From: Takakia lepidozioides
Taxonomy: Eukaryota > Plantae > Bryophyta
Length of the DNA: 64,000 nt
Assembly (NCBI GenBank): GCA_030704615.1
Contig: CM060733.1
Span: 69,316,001 to 69,380,000, forward strand
Reading direction: 5' to 3'
The notes beneath the pieces were generated by a model, which had not been told where the DNA came from, made no database searches, and saw only the letters and a program-made list of their open reading frames with translations. Positions within the stretch are counted from its first letter, which is position 1. Each line of letters opens with the position of its first letter. Below, piece after piece: positions 38,601 to 48,721 of this stretch. Both the position numbers and the translations under genes were made by a program.

Positions 38601-38968
38601 CAAAGACAGCCATTAGACAATGTGAGAATCCCAGTAAAGTAGAGCTGATTTTGGAGAGGGCTAGGGAGGACAGAAGGAAGCGGAGAGAGTTGGCTGCAGC
38701 TAAAACATGTAGACGCGTACGGAAGTATGTATGTGATTCCGTGGAAGAGAGCGATGCAGACAAGGAGGACGACAACCCAACGGAGGTGAGATGGTCAGTT
38801 CCGCAAGGGGAAGATGGGATTTTTGAAAGCCTAGCCAACGACCAATCTGCTGTACATGAGAAAAAAAATGAGGGGGTGGAAGGGGAGCAGGACAATCTAG
38901 GACAGGATGAGGAAGTGATGATGATTTCCAAGATGGGTAGAATTTTAAATAACTCTTTGTACATTTAA
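35659..38968 (+). pseudogene. Spliced ParB-MTase-like gene, 3' portion (helical middle, N4/N6 DNA methyltransferase-like domain, acidic tail)
   Basis: 35659-36410 aligns with 63259-63990, introns included. Downstream exons give VLDDRGCVVVL and RSPAFIHTIMEACTDLEGRVLDLICGT|(intron 38074-38178)|xASMWAGLFAYEED, resembling beta-class MTase motifs VI, X, I and II. Stops and frameshifts present. Confidence 0.6.
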
Positions 38969-39070
38969 ATTTTCTTCCTGAATATATAAAGTATTTCTTT
39001 GCAGTTGAGGTCCCCTCTCCCCTGTGCTTCTAAAGGACACCATCTCTGAAACCACGTCCTTCCCAAAATA

Positions 39071-39729
39071 GGAAATGCGGTGCCGCATTTTCATGTCGGA
39101 ATGGACAAACAGAAATGTGGCAACGGTAAATACATCATTTTGGAAATGCGGCATCGCATTTCCATAAGCGGGACACCAACAATTTTCCATTTCCTGTTTG
39201 GACATCCGAAATCACAAGGCCGAATGGAAATGTGGTGCCGCATTTCAATTTTGGACATGGAAGTTTGTCCATTTCCTGCTCCTTGCACGGAAATGCGGCG
39301 CCACATTCCATTGCGCTAAACGGAAATGCGGTGCCGCATTCCTATGTCCAAATGTTATTTCCATGTCGGATATGGAATTGCGCTACCGCATTTCCATTTT
39401 GGAGATGGAAGTTTGTCCAATTCTTGACCCTTGCACGGAAATGCGGTGCTGCATTCCTTTGTCAAATACGAAATTTCTATGTCGGATATGGAAATGCAGT
39501 GCCGCATTTCCATATCGGACATGGACATGCTTTGCCACATTTGAAGGTCAAATATGGAAATGCGGTGCCGCATTTCCAAATTCGAAGTATGGAAATGCCA
39601 TGTCAACAAAGGCATTTCCGTTGTGGAGACTGGAATGCGGCGCCGCATTTCCGTTGCGACGAGCACAGCGGAGTTGAAGCTGCCGGACATCAATGCATGG
39701 GAACAAAGGAAATGCGGTGCCGCATTTCC
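39071..39729. repeat. Array of ~12 GGAAATGCGGYRCCGCATTTCC palindromes (type B)
   Basis: Dyad centres near 39081, 39152, 39236, 39299, 39332, 39384, 39447, 39500, 39566, 39641 and 39718. Confidence 0.92.
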
Positions 39730-40003
39730 TTTGTAGGCATGTACATGTTTCCGTTTCTTCAAAGATGCATTTCCTCGACCTCATGACTCTGATATCGCTC
39801 TTCTGGCGATTAATGTGGAGAGAGACATTGTACAAATGAGACCACAAATTCTGAACAGTAGGCCAATAACAGCGGTTCATTGAATACAAGGAAACACAGT
39901 ACACAGAAGTGAGGGCACGATGGGTTGTTTTATTGATCGAACATGGTGTCTCACATTAAGCAAGTCCAAAAAAATCTAAACCCTTCCTCCTTCTACATGG
40001 GCG

Positions 40004-40582
40004 TCACCAAGTTGACGGAACTTCGATTGCCCTCAATACAAGCTCATTAGTGACGCGGCACCTCCAGGTAAACTGCATTGCGGTCGTTCTGGTGCCCTTG
40101 GTGGAGCTGATGACAATGTCATGCCCATCAATGATACCACCATCATACATTGACAGGGTCACTGTGGGCCTCATGTGCCTGTGCGATTCGTCTTCGCAAC
40201 TCAGCTGAATGTCTCCATACACTGGAAAAGCGGAGTGAACTCCACGAACAAAGTTTTCCCCGGTGCAGTCCTCCCTGGTTCACTGGCAGCAGTTCCAGCG
40301 CCAAAGCATGGCCGTGCGTGATCTGTCTGGCTTCCCATTCCAGCTGGGTATATCGAGGTTAACAATTTGCAGCACCCACGGACCGCATTGACCCTCACCC
40401 TCACCTCGCTCAAAGCGGTAATAGTCCTCCAAATACTCCATTGAGCGCAATGACTCCCGCTTGACTCCATAAGCGTTAGTGAAAACAAAGAGCCAGAAAA
40501 TGATGTCTCCTAATTTTGGTTTGAACATCGCATAATCGTGGCCATGATAAGGGCAGTCAGCAGGATTGCAGCGGCACGACAT
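40004..40582 (-). pseudogene. Unknown ~190-aa protein, paralog of 41158-41721; one in-frame stop (TGG>TGA at 40280)
   Basis: MSCRCNPADCPYHGHDYA...RTAMLWRWNCCQ*...YGDIQL...LSMYDGGIIDGHDIV...AMQFTW...NELVLRAIEVP is collinear with the plus-strand copy; AATAAA downstream. Confidence 0.75.
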
Positions 40583-41157
40583 CCTTGCGAAAGAGTAGCG
40601 GAGGACGCTGAATGACAGCAGCTTCTGGATGGGGAGGCAGCAACGCGGAGGCAAGAAGTTGTGCAAGGAGATGACGATTTGTTTGCAAACGCTGCAATTC
40701 CTCACTTCCACTCCAGGGCACATTTAAATTCCCCCCTTACAAGAACTTGCACGGATGAAGATTGGCTGCTCCATGAATGTAGCCGTTTCAGTTTCCATCC
40801 ATGCCATGCAAACTATGGACCGTAAGTGCCAGGTGGGCATATAGCCCCTCGAGACGACTTCATCCATCTCCCCTTCGATGTAAATGCGGCGCCGAATTTC
40901 CATCCGGGGGGATGGACTTCGGTGGCAGGTGGCCGACTGTTACCCATGGATGAGAATGAGTAAGCGGCTCATCCGCCGCTAGCGTGATGAACACGTTACA
41001 CGATGATAGGTGGGTAGGTGGGACCCTGTTCCTCCATTATTGGAGCCGGCAGTGCCTCTTCTGCTTGTCATCAGGGGGAAAATCAAAGGGCTTCGTTGCT
41101 GTCTGCAAGGTCATTGTCATTGACAACACACACGTCCTCCGGGCCTCCTTTGCAAGG

Positions 41158-41721
41158 ATGTCGTGCTTGCGGAACCACGACGACTGCCCTTATGGAGGCT
41201 TCGATTATGCAAAGTATACGACCACATCGGGAGACATCGTTATCTGGCACACAGTTTCCACAGAAGATTGTGGGGCAAATGTGGAAACATTGTCAACTTT
41301 TGAGTATATGGCAGGCCACTACGCCTTTGAGCGGGGTGACGATCTTGGTCTGAGGAGTCCGTGGCTCCTGCACATCCTTGATTCCGATTTTCCCAGCTAC
41401 GGCGTGCACCCATGCAGAAGAATGCGCACTGCTATGTTGTTGCGGTGGAACTGCTGCCAGTGGACGTGGGTGGACTCCATCGGGGAGACGTATACTCCTA
41501 AAGGAGTGTGCTCCTCTTCTTCATTATATGGGGACATTCGCATTGGTGCGGATGACAAAAAAATGAAGCTTTCCATATTCGATGGTGGTATGATTGAAGG
41601 GCACGACATTGTGGTGAACATCAAGAGGGGCGGTACAACGGCTGCAATCCAGTTTACCTGGAAGAGCCCGATGACTCATGAGCTAGTTTTCAGAGTAGTT
41701 GAAGTTCCGTTGACCACATGA
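41158..41721 (+). CDS. Unknown 187-aa protein, intronless and apparently intact
   Basis: MSCLRNHDDCPYGGFDYA...RTAMLLRWNCCQW...YGDIRI...LSIFDGGMIEGHDIV...AIQFTW...HELVFRVVEVP; same GCAAGGATGTCGTGC start context as the paralog; AATAAA near 41805. Confidence 0.75.
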   Translation: MSCLRNHDDCPYGGFDYAKYTTTSGDIVIWHTVSTEDCGANVETLSTFEYMAGHYAFERGDDLGLRSPWLLHILDSDFPSYGVHPCRRMRTAMLLRWNCCQWTWVDSIGETYTPKGVCSSSSLYGDIRIGADDKKMKLSIFDGGMIEGHDIVVNIKRGGTTAAIQFTWKSPMTHELVFRVVEVPLTT

Positions 41722-42059
41722 CTTGTATTCAAAAGGCATAGGGCTATAGATTTGTTTGCACCATCAGCACAGTAGACGTGCTTCAAATGCAATTCATGTG
41801 GATCAATAAAAACCTTATTGTGCCCTCATTTTTGTTCTATTCTGCATCCATCGTCTGTTTTATCATGATTGATTGGGTGTTGTCACTTGATAAGCTATGA
41901 CAATATTGGAAGTGTTAGATGGTGCCCTGTCATGGGCTGTTTATGTCTTTAATTGACAATGACCCTAGTGGGTCTTGTCCATGTCTAGACATGACATGAA
42001 TATCTTCCCTCTCTCTGTCCCTCTCTGTCCCTCTGTTTTGTGCTGCTCTCTTTTAAGCT

Positions 42060-42400
42060 CCCGACGAGATAAATTCAAGGTCAGATGGTGGGTTCAGGTG
42101 CAACATATGTCCAACACCAGATATCCTAAGTTAATCGACTCTATATCTTGGAAACAGGACCGCCCTGTCAAACAGACTAAGCCGTGGCAGAAGAGAGTAG
42201 AAGAGATTCTTAAGGATCTAAATCTGGACCCGCAAGTCTTGACCTTGCTGGATAAATCTGACTTAGAGAGTGTAGTGTCCAAAGCCATGTCTGTTACTAG
42301 AAAATTGTCCGATGAAAATGAAGTTAGGAAGAAAACTTCCCTGAACCTGTTTCCAGTCTGTGGACTAAATAAACATAATGTACACTCATGCAAAGATGTA
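42060..42400 (+). mobile_element. Possible LINE C-terminal fragment (RTE-X/CR1-like post-RT region)
   Basis: RRDKFKVRWWVQVQHMSNTRYPK...PWQKRV..IL resembles the post-RT block of such LINEs; no RT core present. Confidence 0.4.
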
Positions 42401-43420
42401 AAGGAAAACATCCTAGGGGTGCCATTTTTTAAACCAACTGAAATCCATTTTCATATGGACAAATGACATCGGGAATTAATAGCTATGGACTTTTTTATGC
42501 CTGAAAAATAGGGCAATTTAGCCTAGTCCATACTATCTTCATTTGTGGCTTTTTGGGGTATCACCCTTTTCTAAAGAGGCGTAGAATCAACTATTCCAAA
42601 AGTGCCAAGTGTCAAATGGACTACTTTGTTGTGAAACCACGGTACAACTACACACACAGATGCCACATAGGCAAATGACGTGTCGGTTTTCAATTTTTAT
42701 ATTATTCTTTTGATTTTTTGCATTTCGCGCAAACCCCAATTTTGAAAATGTACGTCAAAGGCTGCCTATCGCGATTTGCGCGCACACTTGCATTTCCTGC
42801 TCTGTCGTCTTCCCGTTTCTCTAATCGTGGATGCTTCTGTGTTTCGGTGAGCTGTGTGGTTCTTTGCAATGAGAATCTATGGTAGTGACTACGAATACCT
42901 AAGCTCTGAGGATGTAGAACTTGAAGTTTTGAGCTTTGCAGTGAATAGTTTGAATGTGTGTGGCTCTCATTCCAGTACGCCTTTCCACTCCAAGCCGACA
43001 TTTGTAGTTGAGCCTTTGTCGTGGTTCTGCGTAGACCAGGCCCCATGCCTGGCGATATCCTTTTGCATAACGTTTCAGAATATATACATCCATGGGGCGT
43101 GCAGATGGTGCCCGTGTGTGTGGAAATGACGAGCTCAGTTTTTGATGATTGGGTGTTGTGTGTGAGAGTTGGTGGGGGAGACCCTAAAACTTACTTGCAT
43201 GTTGGTGGTTGGTGGATTCTCCAAGATGGCCCTGTGCATGGACATTTTCATTCGCATGTGATGGGCTTGAGATTTGGCTATCACGGGCATTCATCTCTTG
43301 CAACAAATGCTTTCCCTCCCTAAACTGAATACCTTCGTTCGTGCATTGTTTGCTAAGTAGTGTAGAATGTTTTAAACAATTTGTCCCTTCATCAAGTATG
43401 TTTTCTAAGTTCTTCACTTT

Positions 43421-44281
43421 GTGCAGGCTTGGAGAGTTCAGTCGGCCATGACTAGTGGCAGGTCACAACGCGGCGGTGCGCACACGAAACCTAGGCCTAG
43501 AGAAAGGGCTAGACGCGCATTGAGAGATAAGGTACTTGAACGCGTCCGCCGATCTAGAGCGAGGAACAAAGAGTCACATGCCCAAAATGTTTCGCACACT
43601 GTAGGTGACTTGGAGCAAAACAAGGAGGAAGTTGTAAGGGATCGAGAGATTAGAAGGGCCTGCCATACGATTGTGACATGCATTTGTAACACGTTGAAAG
43701 TGTTCCCGGGACCTTCAAGCAAACGATACATCATGGAGAAGGTCATTTCGCACAATTGTGAGAATGCTGCATGGACTAGTGAATGGGAGTTGCAGATCTT
43801 GACCCCTAAGAACACCGCAAATGTCAAGCATGCCATGGAGAAAGATGCAGATGACGATTGGGACCAGTTTGGCATCAATGGTGATTATTTGGCATCCTTC
43901 ATTAAAATTGGAGACAATTTCGCAGTCAATGCTGAGGAAAACAATGATGAACAGGTAGACTTTTACATCATTTGTTGTAGTCGGGCTCTCCATGCAGTGA
44001 AGAAGCCATTCACTGATGCATGGGGCACTTCGTTTGTAGAAGGAGACATGGTAATTGCAGGAAAGTATTACCAGAAGTGGGGGAGAGCGGAAGACACGTA
44101 TGTATTTCTGAAAAAATCACAAGTGGTCTTTTTGCACTCTGAACATGTGCGTGCCATCAAGTTTCCTATGCTGCCATGCGACTACAGGGTTGCAGGGAAT
44201 GATCCGGTTTACAAATTGCCTGAATATGCTGAAGAAGGGATAAGGGCTGCAATTGCAGCTTTGGATTCTGGCAACGACTAG
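43421..44281 (+). pseudogene. Internally deleted DNA-transposon ORF (N-terminus joined to a C-terminal CxN/GDNFAV domain)
   Basis: Abrupt join ...MEKVISH|NCENAAWTSEW...IGDNFAVNAE...DFYIICC...DAWG...GKYYQKWG; flanked by AT-rich terminal-like DNA; no catalytic core. Superfamily uncertain. Confidence 0.45.
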
Positions 44282-46114
44282 CTACAGAAGATACAAGACG
44301 TTCCTTGCATACATTCTGCATTGTGGGGATTTTGGGGGGGTGGGCATTTCCATTGCATCCATTTGCTCGGTCTTGCATCCATTGCATCCATACTTTGCAT
44401 GTTATAGGGGGGGCAAGTACCATGGCCTTGGCGAGCAGTAGGCCATAGTACTTGCAGTTTGCCCCCTGCACCTTTCACCCACATGCAAGCTGGAAATAGT
44501 TGGGCATCCAAGTGGGGCTTGATGCAAGTGGGTTCAAGCCCCACTTGGGTGCAGCTGCATTGTTGGTTCACACAATTGTACCAACAAGGAGCTTTGCCTC
44601 TCAGGTCATCATTTGCTGCCTTATTGGTCACCAAGTTTCCATGAAAGTCCACAACTTTCCATTGAATGAGGTTTTCTCCTACATATGATTTTTTGTGGGC
44701 CTCATTCTTGTTGTGTAACCGTTAGCACTCATCGTACTACACCTATGCAAAAGATGGGATTTTTTTTTAAATTTTTTTTTGAACTTTTCATCTTTGCTAC
44801 TTTGGCACACTTCACATGAAGAGTGTAGGAAGTTGAAAAGAAACTAAAGCTTGAGTGCCCTCACGCTAGACCACATGTGGTTTGTGGTCTACATGCATGA
44901 TTTTAGTTGGACTTCAACCTTTGCATGCATCCTATGCATGTTGCCACTAAGCTTGGGGAACAAGAACGGAGTGAAAAAAAGATCGTTTAGATCTCTAAAT
45001 ATAACACCTAATTATACTCTAGTTGTGGACGTTTATGGACCTTTTGTGGAACCTAAAATGAACATTTTTGGACTTATGTGAATACTTGTGGATAGGATAT
45101 ACACCATTGTGGACTTTTGAGATTTTGGATTCTGCATGGAAAATAATGGAAATGGCTGGAAAACTTTAATACCCACTTTGGACACTTTTGGAAGGCGAGG
45201 GTACTACCCGGGAGGCAGCGGGGACAAGGAGGGTCCAGTGGGCCCCACGTGGGCCAGAACCCAGGCCCTAAATTCTAGCGATGACGGAAGGTCGGAAGCT
45301 AGTTTAGCGTGGAGCAGGAATAGGGTGCCATAGTGCCACATCATCGTCGCCACGTTTCGTCGCCACATCATCGTAGACAGGTCATCGTCGTCGTCAATTT
45401 CTTTGGAATCTGCCCGGACGGCCCGCGCGAAATAGGCCAGTAGAAATCGCCGCGCCAACGTTTTTGGAACTGCAATGCCTAGATCTTGATCTTCTTGAAC
45501 TGCAAGAGCTCTGCGTTTTCCGCCATCGTTCACCTTGCAAGCACAGGCATGGATCGAGTGTGGGTCCAGATTCATCCAAAAGGGCCGGATTTCACGCTCC
45601 AAATTACCTATGATTCGAAAAGACAACAAATGGGGAGGAGTTTCTTGCAGACGGAATCGGAAGCTTTCACTCGTGATTGGGTGGGAAAGAAGAAAAGTGC
45701 AGCTTAGATTACACCTTACTTCCTTGTTTCAGACCCGCACAGTGAGTCTCCATGATTGATTTTCCATGAGCACGAAGGGTATGTCAGGTTGTGTCTGGTT
45801 GCAAAAGTCCCACATCTGCTTGAAGCTAAACCCAAGTTTCAAACCTAATCTTACATTGACTAGATTGTAATTGTTGTCTGTCTGCCATAACCTCCCTATA
45901 AACCCTAGAAATTGTGATCCCTTATCTGAACTTCAAGGAGTAATTGGCCGATCTGCCCTCTTTTGGGGGATTTCAATGGAAATTAATTAGAACGGATTGT
46001 TCCCCTTCAGGGTTCGTCCATCTGAATTCCTAGAAGTGCGAGGAAAAGAGATGAGGGGGAGGGAAGGAAAGGATGGACCAATGAACACACCAGGGATGGT
46101 CTCTGCTGTAACAG

Positions 46115-46233
46115 AGCAAATGAAATATGTCGTGAATCAAAGCGACAAACCATCAATGCTGAGGATGTGCTCAAAGTTGTTGAGGAGCTAGACTTCACTG
46201 AGTTTTGTGAGCCCTTGAGAGCTGCACTTGCAG
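46115..46233 (+). pseudogene. Isolated exon of a histone-fold DPB4/POLE3 (NF-YB11-like) gene
   Basis: ag|ANEICRESKRQTINAEDVLKVVEELDFTEFCEPLRAALA|gt; no neighbouring exons recognised. Confidence 0.75.
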
Positions 46234-46244
46234 GTGTGTATGGT

Positions 46245-46247
<3 letters not shown>

Positions 46248-46302
<55 letters not shown>
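46248..46302. repeat. (CT)n microsatellite, ~27 units
   Basis: Direct reading. Confidence 0.98.
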
Positions 46303-46304
<2 letters not shown>

Positions 46305-46589
46305 GATGATTTGCAGTGATGACTTGAGAGTGGATTATTTGAGTTTTTTGTTCTATCTTTCCTTAAGGGGCAAGGTGCCAGATCCTACTCTAGTAGAAAA
46401 CCTTCAGGGAACACCTCAGAAGTTTGAAAAAGCCAAAAAAATCAACAAAGGCACTAGTCTTTCTCACACTTTGTGAGACCTATGGTCCCCTCAACCCGAA
46501 TCCTAATTCCGCTTGCGTCTCTTCCTCTGGGATAATTTCGGTGCCATTATTGCCCAGAATTCAGTTTTTCTATGACCTGGCCTGGCGGT

Positions 46590-46809
46590 CCATGAGCTTG
46601 GGCTCCAAGTCATGAGCGGACACTGGTACTTATGAGCGGAGTGCTTCCAGCATGAGCGCGGAAATCTTCGAAAACCTTCTCTTCTTATACTACTTTCGAT
46701 TATTTTATAGTTTTGGGCCCGAAAAAAATCTGCCAAAATTCGAAGTGTGTTACTTTGCGGCTCATGGGTGAGCCATGCCCGCTCATGAGCTCATGAACTC
46801 ATGGAATAG
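46590..46809. repeat. CATGAGC-motif cluster, probable DNA-transposon/MITE terminus
   Basis: Multiple CATGAGC(G)/GCTCATG motifs ending CTCATGGAATAG; a related end in the opposite orientation starts at 54706. Confidence 0.6.
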
Positions 46810-47335
46810 CAACCCCCGGGTTCAAGATGACATCTGGTACAATTCCAGCTTTGACGATGTCACCATGGACCTCTTTCCCCTTTTCCAGAGCTCCCAGGCT
46901 TGCACACGCATTGCAAAAAAAAAAAAATGTGATGTGGTTGGGCTTCACCCCTTCGCACATCATTTGCTCATAGGTCTCCAAAGCCTCCATCCAGCACCCT
47001 TGCTGTGTATATCCTGCAATCATCGTACTCCACAACACCACATCTCGTTCAGCCAATACTGTCGAGCACTCCCTTTGGATCCTCGATGCACGCACATTTG
47101 ACATACATTTCCACCAGGGCAGTGTTCATAATGACATCGGGTACAATTCCAAATTTGATCGCCATGCACCTCTTCACCCTTTTCCAGAGCTGCCAGGCTT
47201 GCACACGCATTGCAAATGCACAGAAATGTGATGTGGTCGGGCTTCACCCCTTCCCCCATCATTTGATCATAGGTCACCAAGGCATCCATACCACGCCCTT
47301 GCTGTACATACCCTGCAAGCATCGTGTTCCACGTG
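46810..47335 (-). pseudogene. PLS-class PPR gene fragment (two repeat triplets)
   Basis: ITWNTMLAGYVQQGRGMDAL..YDQMM.EGVKPDHITFLCICNACASLAALEKGEEVH, plus a second similar unit; frameshifted. Confidence 0.9.
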
Positions 47336-48721
47336 ATGAAACCACCGTGGATCCAAACAATGTTGTCCAATTTGTGTTGAATTGTTAACTACACCACAAG
47401 CTGAATAATGAGAGATGACCTCATGAACTCAGAATGAACAGACACCATTGCCATTGTCAAAGAAATCAGTTCCCCTATGAAACTTCCACAGGTCCAAAGA
47501 ACATTGTTGGTCTACTTTCAAAGTTTCCACTGTCCACCAATTTTGAGACATGTATCTCTCCATCTTGTGCTTGTGCCTATTAGAGTTAAGTTTCCGGCGA
47601 ACTGTAATCTGCCACCATGGCAACACCATCCTCAAGCTCCCCTCTTGAATTTGCTTCCCCCTCTTTAGTGTCACCATCAGGCTTTCTCTTTCTGACCCCA
47701 CCTTTCCTTTTCGTTTCAGATTTCTTAGACTCATTATCTTTCCTGAAGCCTGCAAGCATCCATAACTGCTCAAGAACTTTGTTCTTTAAAGACAGTCTAG
47801 ATAAGTCATGCAAAAGGAAGATACAGAATGTACTCATGAGATGATGTTGTCATAGACCCTACGCCCAGTTTGGGTAGAACAAGAAGGAATAGACGCTACC
47901 TTTGTCAGGGGCTCACTCCAATGGTGGGACTTACCTTGGTATACATAGCTTTCCAGGTTCTCCTAGAAATCCCTTCACACGAGCATCAATTTGTTGTGTG
48001 TGAGCGGCCCAACAATTAGACCCCAACAAGGGCCAGGGAAGACATGCTAGAGTAGACATGTTTCGACTCGCCGACACTCATGGCACATACATTTTGATTC
48101 AGAAATCAAGTAGCTTCCCTGTGCCATATGGGGAATATACATGCTTGGATAATCTTCTGTTAAGGTTTTTTGCAATTCACTGCCAGTATGCTGGGACGTG
48201 TCCTTTGTCGTATGGATTGCTGTTTGCACAAGGTGCAGTATGCAAATGCTGGAATGTGCAGTAGGACCCTTCCCACTGGGACACAGAACTAGCAATCTTG
48301 TAAAGGCATCACATTTGTAGAACACTGACAATGTATTGGTAGCAAATTGGAGTCTTCTCATAAAGGTGGACGAAAACGCCAGGCTGGGCTGCGAAATCAC
48401 CACAAATTGAATGAAGAGCAGTAACAAGGAAGCATTATGCAGTATACAGACCAATAACGGCGCTGAAATAGGCCACAATGCCCGTGTATCTCCACACAAT
48501 GTATGCTTTCCTCGGATCCATTAATAGACATAACCAAAATAAAAAAAGCATGCCCATGCAATTCACGGCCAAAAACCACATTCTCATGTATTGCGGCACC
48601 GAAATGCACCTGGAGCCATGGCGGTGCGGCACCACCAAGTGTATAATTCCTCACAAAAAAATAGGATGCAAGAAGATGAATGTAATATAATTGCCACTTT
48701 CTCCTTCCCGAATGTGGAATG

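Noticed and set aside
39071-39904. Many overlapping short ORFs (KCGAAFP / EMRRRIS / GNAAPHF), also at 59.5-61.2 kb and 52.7-54.4 kb
   Set aside because: Translation artefacts of stop-free palindromic repeats in all six frames.
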